Shown one piece after another: positions 29,575 to 40,800 of a DNA stretch of 64,000 nucleotides (positions within the stretch are counted from its first letter, which is position 1; every line of letters starts with the position of its first letter). The notes under the pieces are model-generated. The model searched no databases, had not been told where the DNA came from, and saw only the letters and a program-made list of their open reading frames with translations. The stretch covers positions 1,312,001-1,376,000 of the forward strand of contig OZ251518.1 in assembly GCA_965242965.1 (NCBI GenBank), given 5' to 3'. A program made the translations under genes and the position numbers. The stretch comes from Candidatus Poribacteria bacterium (GTDB taxonomy: Bacteria; Poribacteria; WGA-4E; WGA-3G).

Positions 29575-30531
29575 ATGTTGCATGCAAAATTAAATAGGCA
29601 CCGCCTTCGGTTTGCGAGGTTTTCCTTGTTCCTGTGCCTCATCGTTTTTGGTGCCTTGATGGTATCACTCGGTGCAGTCGCGCGCCGCGGACAAATCCCC
29701 TCCCGGCCAGCCTCGGAACCCTCGCAAACCGTTCCTCACCGCGAGGGTGTCGCGGAAAGTCTCGTTGCGGCTGAAAATATGGATTCACTTCCCTATCAGG
29801 TGGGTGAAAAGTTAACTTACGGTATCAAGGTGCGCAGATTACCCGCTGGTAAACGGACGGACCAGGTCGTCGAAAAAACCGTTGTGAACGGACAGAGCGT
29901 CTATCATATCCGCTCCGATGCAAAGACGAAATCGATTTTCAGGCTCTACCATTTCCGGAACCGGCAAGAAACGTATATCGGGCGCGGCAGAGATGTCCCC
30001 GAATCGTTATTGCAAGGCGTGGAGTCAAACGCGGGGCTTTCACCCGTGCGGTTTCGGAATCGGGTGGAGGACAGGAAATACCGCGCCACCGTTGTCGCAA
30101 ATTTCCTGCCAGCGTCAAATGCGGAGGGGACGCAAGGAACGGGCGAAATAGTATACGAGAAAATTTCGCGAAGAAACCCAAAGTCGCCGCAACGGCAAAC
30201 TAAAAAAACTTTAACGATGCCCGATGGCACCCAGGACGAGTTGTCAATGCTCTACTTCCTACGCAGTAAATGCCTCACGCTTGGGAAAACCTATTTTTTT
30301 CCACTGCTTGCCGAGGGGAAGGTGCAGAAGGTAACGCTCACCGTTGAACGCCGCGACATCGTGAAAAATAAGGCATTAGGCAGAGTGAGGACCCTCGTGT
30401 TGCGCGCCTCAAATGGCTCACGGCTGTGGTTAACAGACGACACGCGCCGCATCCCCGTCCGCATTGAAGCGGAAAGCAAAATCGGCACCATGAAGGCAGA
30501 GTTAGAAAAAATAGAAACCGTCTCTAAATAG
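29575..30531 (+). CDS. DUF3108 domain protein
   Basis: GEKLTY, QDELSMLYFLR, LWLTDDTRRIPVRI. Confidence 0.8.
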   Translation: MLHAKLNRHRLRFARFSLFLCLIVFGALMVSLGAVARRGQIPSRPASEPSQTVPHREGVAESLVAAENMDSLPYQVGEKLTYGIKVRRLPAGKRTDQVVEKTVVNGQSVYHIRSDAKTKSIFRLYHFRNRQETYIGRGRDVPESLLQGVESNAGLSPVRFRNRVEDRKYRATVVANFLPASNAEGTQGTGEIVYEKISRRNPKSPQRQTKKTLTMPDGTQDELSMLYFLRSKCLTLGKTYFFPLLAEGKVQKVTLTVERRDIVKNKALGRVRTLVLRASNGSRLWLTDDTRRIPVRIEAESKIGTMKAELEKIETVSK

Positions 30532-30541
30532 GATTGACATC

Positions 30542-33500
30542 GTGACAGAACGCTTACGCAAGACCGAAAATTACCAAAAAATCCTCGCCGCCCTACAAAA
30601 CGGAGAAAGTCTACCGTGGCTCAGCGGCATGTCCACTGCAGCCACCGCGTATCTCTTGGCACACCTGGTGGCGGACTTTCCGGAAAAATCGTTCCTTATT
30701 GTGCTACCGACGCAACAGGAAGCAGAATCGCTGCGTGGTGACATTCAAACGTATCGCGCGCAGTGCCATGGCGGCGCACTGTCCGCCTTGCAAGAGGCAG
30801 AACACCTGATGTTCCCTGCCCGAAACGCCAGCGGTTCGCGCCTCAAGGTACTGTCAAAAAACACTATTGCCGCCCGGATACACTGCTTCCAACATCTGCT
30901 CCAGGCACAGCAACGTAGCGTCATTGTCACAACCAGCCGCGCTTTACAAGATGCGCTGCCAGCGCGCGATATTTTCTCCGCCGCCTTTCCTATCCTGAAA
31001 CAGGGTGATGAGGTTGAACCCGATGCTGTCGAAGCCCTACTCTGCCGAGGTGGTTACCAGCGCGTGGCACTCGTTGAAGTGAAAGGCGAATTTGCCCGCC
31101 GCGGGGACATCCTTGATGTCTATCCCCTCACCGCCGAATCACCCGCGCGCCTAGAGTTTTTCGGCGATGAACTTGACGCTATTCGCGCCTTTGACGCGAC
31201 GACGCAGCGTTCTATTGAACCATTGGACGCTGTTGCCTTATCCCCGATGCGTGAACTCCTCGCAACCGAAGTGTCTCTGGCGTTTTGGCAGGAGCAAACC
31301 CAGGAACTCCTGCAAACCAATGCAACGCCGCAGCTCGTCCAAATAGTCCAAGAGATGACACAGCGTCTCACCGATAGCCTCTCAAAAGAGAACGCGTCTC
31401 TTGGAGACGAATTGGAGGCATACTTACCGCTGCTCTGTCCGGAGACAGCACACCTCCTCGACTACCTGCCAGATGATTTATGCGTTGTCCGCGTTGAACC
31501 GCAGTGGCAAAAACGCGATGCAGCACAACGGTTTGAAGAAATGCAGGCGTTGTATCAACAAACCAATAAGAGAGAACTCTCGGAATCGATGCCTGAGGCA
31601 GTGCAGAAGAAGCAGGATTCCGAACTCGTCCTGCCACCGGCTAAACTGTTCGTCCCTTTTGCGGTGGTAGAAGAGCGGTTAGCGGCGTATCCTATGCTTT
31701 GCGCATCCGTGGCACCGCCGCGCGGAAACTTCGCCTCGGATGTTCTCTCATTTGGGATGAAACCGCTCGCGCTGCCGCGGGGCAGTTATCAGACGGTGCT
31801 GGAGCACCTTCAAAACTGGGTGCGAGAAGGGTATGATGTGGTTATGTTCTGTGAGAGCCCGCAGCAAGCGAAGCGCGTCGCCGAAATGTTAGCCGAACGC
31901 GACATGGTGCTGAAAAGTATCAACGTCGGGGCAATCAGCCACGGGTTTCTTGACGTGTCGCAACGTCTCGTCGTTATCTCCGAGGAGGAACTTTTCGGCA
32001 GCCACCGTTACAATCGGCCCCGTCGTCCGAAATCGGTGCCGGACGGCTCGCCTATTCTCAGCCTGATGGACTTGCAGGTGGGGGATTATGTCGTGCATGT
32101 CTCACACGGCATCGCGATTTATGAAGGCATTCGCCGCTTGACACTTGATGGCGGCTCGCAAGACAGAACGCTGCAGCAAGATTTTATTGTCCTGAAATAC
32201 AGTTCTGGCGATATCCTCTATGTCCCGACAGACCAGGTGGATATGGTTCAGAAGTATATCGGGAGCCAGGAAGACTCTCATAAACCGCGTATTGACAAAC
32301 TCGGCGGCACCGATTGGCATCGCCGAAAAGCGCGAGCGAAAGCATCTATTGAACAACTGGCAGATGAACTCCTGAAATTGTATGCCTTGCGGCAGGCACG
32401 CAAAGGATACGCTTTTCCGGAGGAGGTGCCGTGGCAAGCAGAATTTGAGACGCTGTTTCCTTACCAAGAAACGGAAGACCAGATCCGGGCCATTGAAGAC
32501 GTTACGGCGGACATGGAGACAGAACGCCCGATGGACAGACTCATCTGTGGCGATGTCGGTTATGGTAAAACCGAAGTGGCACTGCGCGCCGCCTTCAAAT
32601 CTGTCATGGCAGAGAAACAGGTGGCAGTGCTTGTGCCAACGACGATTCTCGCGTTGCAACACTATGACACTTTTGAAAAACGTTTCAAGCCGTTTCCTGT
32701 GCAGGTGGAGATTCTCAGCCGTTTCCGCACACGGAAGGAGATAAAAGAGGTAAAAGCCGGGCTCGCCAATGGCACCGTTGACATTGTCATCGGGACGCAT
32801 AGTCTCCTCTCCAAAACGGTTGAATTTGACAACCTAGGGCTCCTGGTTGTTGACGAGGAGCACCGGTTCGGCGTAAAGCACAAAGAGCGCATTAAGCAGG
32901 TGAATGAGACGGTAGACGTGCTAACGTTAACAGCCACGCCGATTCCGCGCACCTTGCACATGTCCCTCGTCGGCATCCGCGATTTCAGCGTGATTAACAC
33001 GCCGCCTGCGAATCGGATGTCCATTCAAACGCATGTCATGGCCTATGCGCCGGAGGTTATCCGCGAAGCGATTCTCGCCGAATTAGCACGCGATGGACAG
33101 GTGTTTTTTGTGCATAACCGCGTCCAGAGTATCCAGACTGTGGCGCAAACCCTTCAGCATCTCGTGCCGGAGGCGCGGGTGGCTGTCGCACACGGACAGA
33201 TGCCGGAACGCGAACTTGAAAGCGTTATGCTTGAGTTTGTCCGTCACAAGCACGATGTTTTGGTTTGCACGATGATTATTGAATCGGGACTTGATATCCC
33301 GAATGTGAACACTATCCTCATTGATAGAGCCGACGCGCTCGGTTTGGCGCAACTCTATCAACTACGTGGGCGCGTCGGGCGCGCCGATGTGCAGGCATAC
33401 GGGTATCTGTTCTACCCCCAGAATCAGGTGATAACCGAGGGCGCGATGAAAAGGCTCCGCGTGATTGAGGAATTCACAGACCTCGGTTCCGGTTTTAAAA

Positions 33501-34105
33501 TCGCCCTTCGGGATTTAGAAATCCGCGGTGCTGGCACACTCCTCGGCGCGGAACAGCACGGACACATCGTCACTATCGGCTATGAACTTTACTGCAAGTT
33601 GCTTGAAGAAGCCGTGCAGAAGTTGAAAGGTGAAGAGGTAGAGGAGCAGGTGGAAACCCGCATCCGTCTGCCGGTAGAGGCATATCTGCCCGATGACTAT
33701 GTGCCGGATAGCCGCCAAAAGGTGGCACTTTACAAGAAAATCGCCGCGTTAAAAAGCGACGAAGCACTTCAGGAACTGCGCGCCGAACTCATAGATAGAT
33801 ACGGCGCGATTCCGAAACCGGCAGCGATGCTGCTTGCCATTGCAAGCCTGAAACCGCTCTGTCAACGGCTCGGCATCACTGCAATTGTCGGCGGCCCCAA
33901 AAAAGGGCGAACATCAACCGTCAAAATCACCTTTGACGAACGAACGCCGAAAATCGATATCCACCGGCTGATGGAGGTAATCCAAAAAGACCCGAGCCTT
34001 CGATTGCTTCCGCCAGCCCATCTTGTTGTTCGCCTCCGGGAATCCCCAGGCGAAACAATGCTTTATGTCTTGGCACAGAAATTGAAAACGCTGCTGCCAG
34101 AATAA
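30542..34105 (+). CDS. mfd: Transcription-repair coupling factor
   Basis: GEFARRGDILD, GDYVVHVSHGI, CGDVGYGKTEVA, DEEHRFG, TATPIPRT, QLRGRVGR, TRCF C-terminus. Confidence 0.98.
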   Translation: MTERLRKTENYQKILAALQNGESLPWLSGMSTAATAYLLAHLVADFPEKSFLIVLPTQQEAESLRGDIQTYRAQCHGGALSALQEAEHLMFPARNASGSRLKVLSKNTIAARIHCFQHLLQAQQRSVIVTTSRALQDALPARDIFSAAFPILKQGDEVEPDAVEALLCRGGYQRVALVEVKGEFARRGDILDVYPLTAESPARLEFFGDELDAIRAFDATTQRSIEPLDAVALSPMRELLATEVSLAFWQEQTQELLQTNATPQLVQIVQEMTQRLTDSLSKENASLGDELEAYLPLLCPETAHLLDYLPDDLCVVRVEPQWQKRDAAQRFEEMQALYQQTNKRELSESMPEAVQKKQDSELVLPPAKLFVPFAVVEERLAAYPMLCASVAPPRGNFASDVLSFGMKPLALPRGSYQTVLEHLQNWVREGYDVVMFCESPQQAKRVAEMLAERDMVLKSINVGAISHGFLDVSQRLVVISEEELFGSHRYNRPRRPKSVPDGSPILSLMDLQVGDYVVHVSHGIAIYEGIRRLTLDGGSQDRTLQQDFIVLKYSSGDILYVPTDQVDMVQKYIGSQEDSHKPRIDKLGGTDWHRRKARAKASIEQLADELLKLYALRQARKGYAFPEEVPWQAEFETLFPYQETEDQIRAIEDVTADMETERPMDRLICGDVGYGKTEVALRAAFKSVMAEKQVAVLVPTTILALQHYDTFEKRFKPFPVQVEILSRFRTRKEIKEVKAGLANGTVDIVIGTHSLLSKTVEFDNLGLLVVDEEHRFGVKHKERIKQVNETVDVLTLTATPIPRTLHMSLVGIRDFSVINTPPANRMSIQTHVMAYAPEVIREAILAELARDGQVFFVHNRVQSIQTVAQTLQHLVPEARVAVAHGQMPERELESVMLEFVRHKHDVLVCTMIIESGLDIPNVNTILIDRADALGLAQLYQLRGRVGRADVQAYGYLFYPQNQVITEGAMKRLRVIEEFTDLGSGFKIALRDLEIRGAGTLLGAEQHGHIVTIGYELYCKLLEEAVQKLKGEEVEEQVETRIRLPVEAYLPDDYVPDSRQKVALYKKIAALKSDEALQELRAELIDRYGAIPKPAAMLLAIASLKPLCQRLGITAIVGGPKKGRTSTVKITFDERTPKIDIHRLMEVIQKDPSLRLLPPAHLVVRLRESPGETMLYVLAQKLKTLLPE

Positions 34106-34214
34106 TTTCGTTTTCTGTTTCTGTGCTAAAATATCGTAGGGCGGGGGCATGTCCTCCGCCACTCTTATCGCGAGGGAGCACCTGTCCCTCGTCATTTTAA
34201 AGGAGATACATCAC

Positions 34215-35180
34215 ATGAAAAAAACGCTTATTGTATGCGCAATTGTTGCCGTAGCCTGTCTCGCGACGTGGCAGTTCGTTCAATCCGAACATCATGAGCA
34301 GTCGGCAGCGGACGTTGCGCAAATGGACAGCCAGATTATTGTGGCTGAATACCAATGGAACGGTGAGCCCTATCAGATTTCGCTGGAGGCCCTGAACGCC
34401 GCCATCGCGGAATTGCCTGTCTACCGGCAGCAAAATTACGAGAGCCGGGCAGATAAGGCGGAATACTTGGAGGAACTGATTGAGGAGAAACTCAAAATCC
34501 TCCGCGCCGCCGACGAAGGGTTTGACAAACTCCCCGGGCACCTTAAGAAGTTAGATGACTACACGCATCAACTCATGGTTGAGAAGCTGACCGAGGCGGA
34601 AGTTGATGCGAAAGTCACCTATACCGATGAGGAACTCATGGCGCATTATCAGGAAAACCTGAGCGACTACATTGAGCAGGCGAAGGTGCGTGCAACCTGC
34701 ATTACGCTTGAAGACGAAGACCTGGCGAATGAAACGCTTGACGTAATCATCGCGGGGAAGGACATCGTTGTGAGCGCGACAGAACTCTCCGAAGCAGGCA
34801 AACTCGCCAGAGGCCCCGGCACCAATCGGGATGAACCGGGCAATACGTTCTTCTTCGCGAAATCTGACTCGGCGCAATGGGCGGAATTCATTGATGCCGC
34901 CTTCGCGCAAGAAATCGGCGAGATAACCGATACCGTCTTTGAAACCGAAGTCAGCGAGAAAACCTTCTATCTCATTTTCCGCAAAGAAGAACATCGGCCG
35001 GAGAGACAGAAGGAATTCGCTGAAGTGAAAGACGACATCCAGCGCGAAATTAAACGGAGCAAGAAGCGCGTCCGAATCAACGAATGGATAGAGGAAATCT
35101 CGGCGCGCGGCAAACTGCAACTCTTTCCTGAAAACATCCCTGCACCTCCCAAACCGGAGGAAGCAGAATCAGAACAGTAA
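34215..35180 (+). CDS. Exported parvulin-type PPIase / PrsA-like foldase
   Basis: Signal peptide; KVRATCI..FIDAAF..GEITD; RBS AAGGAG; paralog of the next gene. Confidence 0.8.
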   Translation: MKKTLIVCAIVAVACLATWQFVQSEHHEQSAADVAQMDSQIIVAEYQWNGEPYQISLEALNAAIAELPVYRQQNYESRADKAEYLEELIEEKLKILRAADEGFDKLPGHLKKLDDYTHQLMVEKLTEAEVDAKVTYTDEELMAHYQENLSDYIEQAKVRATCITLEDEDLANETLDVIIAGKDIVVSATELSEAGKLARGPGTNRDEPGNTFFFAKSDSAQWAEFIDAAFAQEIGEITDTVFETEVSEKTFYLIFRKEEHRPERQKEFAEVKDDIQREIKRSKKRVRINEWIEEISARGKLQLFPENIPAPPKPEEAESEQ

Positions 35181-35350
35181 GCGAGACTACCCGGGCTCGA
35201 TTGCTCCCCGGTAGGAGAGACCTCCTGGTCTCGATGCAATACCGGTAGGAAAGACCTCCCGGTCTCGATGCCGTAGGCAAAACCTCCCGGTCTCGATGCA
35301 ATATCGGTAGGCGAGACCTCCTGGTCTTGACAAACACCGGTAGGCGAGCC
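35180..35350. repeat. Tandem GTAGGAGAGACCTCCCGGTCTCGAT array
   Basis: Five to six degenerate direct copies inside the operon. Confidence 0.8.
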
Positions 35351-35397
35351 CCATTATTTCGCGAATGACGAAAACCTAACGTTGATAGGAGATAGAT

Positions 35398-36411
35398 TTG
35401 AAAATGATAAACAGAATTATGAAGACAACCGGCGGCGCGCTGTTACTCGCGATGCTTGCCGTGCTACCCTTCCTCACCGGCTGCGGGGACAAAGCCATCG
35501 GTGCCGATGGAACCGTCATCGCAGCCTATGAATGGGACGGTAAAAAGCACCACATCACGCTGGAGGAGATGCAGCAGGAGATTAGCGAGCTCCCGGCATA
35601 TAAGCAGCGTCAGTATCAGGACAAAGAGGGGTTGGAAACCTACATGCTCCTCATGGCGGAGAGTCGCCTCATCCTCAGCCTCGCTCGCGACCAGAAATTG
35701 AACGAAGACCCGGGTATCCTCAAGAAGGTCCAGGACTATCTTCACGAGCTCATGGTAAAGAAAATTACCACACAAGAGGTTGACGACAAACTTGCGTTGA
35801 CAGAGGACGACTACCTACGCTATTACGAAGCGCATAAGGAAGACTATGTCCGTCCCGCGCAGGTGCGGCTGTTGTGCATCACGATTACCGATAAAGCACG
35901 CGCCGATGAAGTTTTTGCCGAAATTAAGGCTGGCAAAGATATCGCAGAAGCCGCCCAAGAGCTCTCCGATAGAGGCGAACTCGTCGGGCCCGGCGCGAAT
36001 CCCGCATCACCCGGCGATACGGATTACATCAGCCGCGATGCCTTCCCGGAAGGAACTGAGCCGTTTCTTGATGCCGCCTTCGCCGCCGAGATTGGCGAAC
36101 TGCACGACGGTGTCATTGAAGTTGATGTCCAAGGACAGCAATATTTCATGATGTTCCGAAAAGACGAGGCACGGGATGCTTACCAGAAGCCTTTTGAGGA
36201 AGAGGATGTCCGGAAGAATGTCGTGCGGAAGGTGGAACGCGAGAAGCGGAATGCCCTCATGAAAGAGTGGGTAACCCAACTCCGCGACCGCGCGGAAGTC
36301 AAGACTTATACCGACCGGATTCCGGAGGCAGAAGAGGAAACTTCTGAACCCGAACCGGAGGAGACTGAAGAGGAGATGGAAGAGGCACCCGCGGAGAATC
36401 AGCTTAAATAA
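35398..36411 (+). CDS. Parvulin-type PPIase lipoprotein (PrsA-like)
   Basis: Lipobox FLTGC; QVRLLCI, AEAAQELS, FLDAAF..GEL; acidic tail. Confidence 0.82.
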   Translation: MKMINRIMKTTGGALLLAMLAVLPFLTGCGDKAIGADGTVIAAYEWDGKKHHITLEEMQQEISELPAYKQRQYQDKEGLETYMLLMAESRLILSLARDQKLNEDPGILKKVQDYLHELMVKKITTQEVDDKLALTEDDYLRYYEAHKEDYVRPAQVRLLCITITDKARADEVFAEIKAGKDIAEAAQELSDRGELVGPGANPASPGDTDYISRDAFPEGTEPFLDAAFAAEIGELHDGVIEVDVQGQQYFMMFRKDEARDAYQKPFEEEDVRKNVVRKVEREKRNALMKEWVTQLRDRAEVKTYTDRIPEAEEETSEPEPEETEEEMEEAPAENQLK

Positions 36412-36574
36412 TTCCGCGTGCCTGTAAGGCGGGGGGTTGTCCCCCGCCATCCTGCAGTCTGAATTGGGCATCGGAGCCGTAGGAGAGACCTCTGGTCTCG
36501 ATGCAGCAGCCTATTGTCGTCTCGGCGTTGTCCCAGGTCCCGATGCCCCTACGCACCCCCAAGGAGGTGTATCC

Positions 36575-37879
36575 ATGAAAAGCAAAATTACTGCAACACT
36601 CGTGCTGAGTCTGTGCTGCATCACTATCGGCATGCAGCACGCCACCGCACGCACCCTTGATAGAATCGTCGCGCATGTCAACGACGATGTCGTCACACAG
36701 TGGGAGTTGGACACTTTAGTGAAACAACGCGCGATGGAGTTACAGCAGGTCTACCGCTTCAGCGAGCGCGAGGCACAACAGGAAGCAGAACGGCAACGCG
36801 CCGAACTTTTGGACAGGCTCGTCCGGCAAATGCTTCTACTAGAAGCCGCACTCACCCTGAAAGTCACTGTCACCGACTCTGAAGTGGAGCAATATATCAA
36901 GGATTTTAAAAGCCGGTATCAGATTGAAACCGACGAAGCACTCCGGGAGCAGCTGAACCGGGAGGGCCTCACCCTCGTCGCGTTTCGCGAGCAATCGGAA
37001 CGGAACCTGAAATCTGAGAAACTGGTGATGGGCAGAATTGTCCCGCGGCTTCAGATTCGGGACAGCGAGGTCCAACAATTTTTTGAAGAGAATCGGGAGC
37101 AGCTGCCAACAAAAGCAGATAAGGTGCGGTTGCGGCATCTCTTTATCGCCTTCAAACCGACCGAGGCAGATCGGGATGCCGCGCGGGAGAAGGTGAACGC
37201 TGCGCGGGATGCTATCGCCGCAGAGCCCACCGAATTTGAAACTGTCGCCCAGCGTTATGCCCCATCGCAACACGTAAACTCGCAGGTAGGCAAGTTAATT
37301 GAGGCAGGCAAGGAAGAACTGAACAGTTTTCCGGAAACCTTCCAGACGGTGCTTGCAACGCTCAACGCAGGCGAGATGAGCGAACCGATCGAGGCAAACG
37401 AGGGACTCTATGTTTTCCGAGTGGAAACGAAAACTGACGAGATGACTGGATTTCGGTATTTCATCGTTCCGCTGGGACTGAGCGAGGCCGCCATCCAAGC
37501 CGCCCGCGAACACAGCGCGGAACTCTACAAGAAATTGGAGGCAGGCGCAGATTTCAACGCGCTCACCTCCCAACATTCCGACGATACAGAAACGAAGGAA
37601 AATGGGGGAGACCTCGGGGTTCGTTCCCTCGCCGAACTGAATCCTAAGACGCGACAAATCGTTGAGGCACTTGACACGGGGGCTTACAGTCAACCCGTTG
37701 AAACTTCCTCCGGACTGCACATCTTCAAAGTTGACGAACGGAATACCCCAGACCTGAGCGAGGCGGAGAAACGGCAAATCATCTCTATCCTGCGCCAACA
37801 ACGTTTTCAGGAAGAGTGGGCTGCTTACACCGACCGGCTCATGGAAAACGCTTACGTGAAAATCAAGTTGAATGAATAG
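36575..37879 (+). CDS. surA: SurA-like periplasmic chaperone (SurA_N plus two parvulin domains)
   Basis: DRIVAHVNDDVVT, VRLRHL, HSDD..NGGDLG, SQPVETSSGLHIFKV; RBS AAGGAGG; adjacent to lptD. Confidence 0.85.
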   Translation: MKSKITATLVLSLCCITIGMQHATARTLDRIVAHVNDDVVTQWELDTLVKQRAMELQQVYRFSEREAQQEAERQRAELLDRLVRQMLLLEAALTLKVTVTDSEVEQYIKDFKSRYQIETDEALREQLNREGLTLVAFREQSERNLKSEKLVMGRIVPRLQIRDSEVQQFFEENREQLPTKADKVRLRHLFIAFKPTEADRDAAREKVNAARDAIAAEPTEFETVAQRYAPSQHVNSQVGKLIEAGKEELNSFPETFQTVLATLNAGEMSEPIEANEGLYVFRVETKTDEMTGFRYFIVPLGLSEAAIQAAREHSAELYKKLEAGADFNALTSQHSDDTETKENGGDLGVRSLAELNPKTRQIVEALDTGAYSQPVETSSGLHIFKVDERNTPDLSEAEKRQIISILRQQRFQEEWAAYTDRLMENAYVKIKLNE

Positions 37880-40800
37880 GAAATCCGTGCCAAACCTTTT
37901 GCCCAAACTATTGAAATCCTGCCGATACTTTGTCTGCTGCGTTCTTGTAGCCATCGCGGGGCTCCTTGTTGTCCCGGTACCACTCATCGCGCAAGCCCCC
38001 GATGAGGTGCCGGAGACAGAGGAAAAAGCACTTCCGGACACCGGTGAGGAACCGCAGACAGAGGAAACCCCCCAGGCCCCATCTCCATCCCCATCTCCGT
38101 CTCCCTCTGAAGACGCAGCACCCGGAGAGGCGCAACCTGAAGGGGAGGAGAAGAGCGAACCGGGGGAAGAAGAGCAGAAACCTGAGGGGTTGGACCCGGA
38201 GCAGATGACTCCCGACCCGGGTGTCGTCATCGGCGATGGCGATGAGATGGTGATGCATGATAATTTCGTCCAAATCCACGGCAACGCGCTCATCAAATAC
38301 GGCGACATCATTTTGCGGGCGGACCACGTTTGGGCTGACTTCAACGAGAATCTCATGCGCGCATCGGGCAATGTCCATCTCATCTCTGGTAACGAGGAGA
38401 CCTTCTCCGATGAACTCGTGTTTAATCTGGAGACAAAAAAGGGCATCGCACGCAACGGGTTTACCTACACCGACCCTTGGTATTTCGGCGGCAGCGATGT
38501 CTTTAAAATCGACGAAAAGAAATCCTATATCCGTAGTGCGACTTTGACGACGTGCTCGCTGAAATATCCGCACTACTATTTCAGCGTTTCGCGCGTGATT
38601 GTCCGGGTTAATGAAGAGATGATTGCGAAGAATATCGTCCTGCGCATCGGTGGATATCCGCTCTTCTATTTCCCCGCTATCCGCCGTGATCTTCGGAAAG
38701 ACAAGGTTGCCAAAATCATTGTGAAAGTCGGCACCGATAGTTATCAGGGGCCCTATATCAGTATCATCCAACCTATCGCGCGCGAACGGCGTTACGATGG
38801 CGCGCTCCTCTACGACGAAAGCGCGAGACGCGGACGCGGCTTCGGATTTGAAGGCAAATATCGTTTCAACGACACGCAATTCCGCGAAATTTATATCCCT
38901 ATCCCGCCAGATGCAACGTCCGCGCAACGGACAAAACTGGAAGAAAAGGCGAAGGAGATACATGAACGGCTTGAGGGGGAACACGATAGGTATTGGCTCA
39001 AGCAACTCTTCCTCCCTTATGAGATTACGGAGGATGATGTCAACCGGGCCAAAGAGACAGCGGAAGAGCTCCTCAAGCAACTTAAAGAGGAAGATGCCGA
39101 CTTTGCGGAACTTGCGCAACGCAATTCGGACCACGATACTCGGTATGAGGGCGGCGATTTAGGGTTTGTCGCCCGTGGTGAACGCATTGAGGAAAAAACG
39201 CCTGCAACATCTAAAACGCAAAACGCGCCAGAAGCGAAGACAACACCGGAAACCGATGGAGAGGAAATCACGCCTGAAAGCAGTCCAGCAGAAACCACTC
39301 CTGAAGACACACCGACAGATGCGGAAACGGAAGCAACAGAGGCACCACCCGCCGGAAAACTTAAACTGGATCCGATTTTAGAGGAAGCCGCCTTTCAATT
39401 GGCAGAAGGCGAAATCAGTTCTGTCTTAAAGACAGAGTCTGCCTTTCACATCCTCAAAGTGGAGCGCGTGCTTGATGTCTACGGCGAACGCGAAATTCAA
39501 CTCCGCCGGATTGACATCGCCATCGCTGCCAGCGACGAAACACAGCAGAAACTCCGCGAAACAACCGATATGATTCACACACGCGCGCTGGAAGGCGAAA
39601 CTTTTGAGCAACTCGCCGCGGAATTCGATGAAGCGACATTATCGGAAGTGAACAATGGCGACGGACTACCGCTCAGCGAGATGGATGCCAGTTGGCGGTA
39701 TTCTGTCAGACGCTTGGAGAAGCCGGGCGACATCACGCAACGTCGGCCCGTTTCCACACCAGAAGGACTCTACCTCTTCCAATTGACTGAGAAAGAGGAG
39801 ACACCGGCTTTTGAGGAACTCGCTGAGGAACTTGACGCAGAATGGGAGACGTTCCTTGAAGAAGTGATGTCTTCAACGGAAGAACCAAAGGAAGGGGAGG
39901 AATCGCCTGAGCCCGACACCTCTGCAGAGACTGGGCCTGTTACAACTGAAGTAGCATCGCAGGAAAGTGCGGAAATCGCAAAAAGTGAATCGTCTGAACC
40001 GCCAGCTCTACCTGAAGAGGAGGAACCAGCAGAATTGAGTCCAGAGGACGAACCGCCTTCAGCGGAAGAGAACGCGGATTCTGAAGCAGACGCGCAAGAT
40101 GAATCGGACGAAGAAGGCGAAGAGGAAGAACCGTTTACCGTTTATCGAAAACACGGGTATCGCGGCAGGTGGGAAGACCCGAGTGCCGTCGCATCAGAAG
40201 CGCAAAGTCTATACGGCGGCGAATTTAGCAAAGTCATTCCCACTAAAAAATCGTTCCGGCTCATCAAGGTGGACAAAAAGCGCACCTATCGTGGAGATAT
40301 CTACTTCTATGGGGCAGACCACTATTCCTTTGACAGGCAAAGTCCCTCTCGCATCGGCAGACGCTGGAACATGCGGTGGGGACACACGCAATCGCTCTAT
40401 ACCCCGTGGGACAGCCGCCGAGAAGGCCGCAGGCCCATCAGTTTCACCGGACGGACAGAATGGCGCGCGCTCAATTACAAAGAGGAATTGAAACTACCCG
40501 GCGAATCCACGCTCAACACGTTTGGACTCCTCACTTACGGAGCCGCTTTCTCCGCCTTGGACGAAGGAGACCGGGATGAGAACGGCAACCTCCGGTTCTC
40601 TCGACAACCGACCGGGGATTTCACCGGACGGTTGGAGGTGCGGCATATCCACGACTTCACCGGCGAAGGCACAACATCGCTTCAAAAACTGCCGCAACTC
40701 ACCTTGAACTTTTCACGGATGCGGTTTAGCGGATTGCCGGTGTTTAGAACCATCAATTCCAATCTCGTGACGCTTGCGGAGAAAGCCGCCACAGACGAAC

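Noticed and set aside
36437-36574. N-terminal extensions in the ORF track (36437, 34149, 27774, 17977, 15439, 7347, 52999, 61862, 63592)
   Set aside because: Downstream ATGs with better RBS or family-typical N-termini exist; several extensions run through repeats
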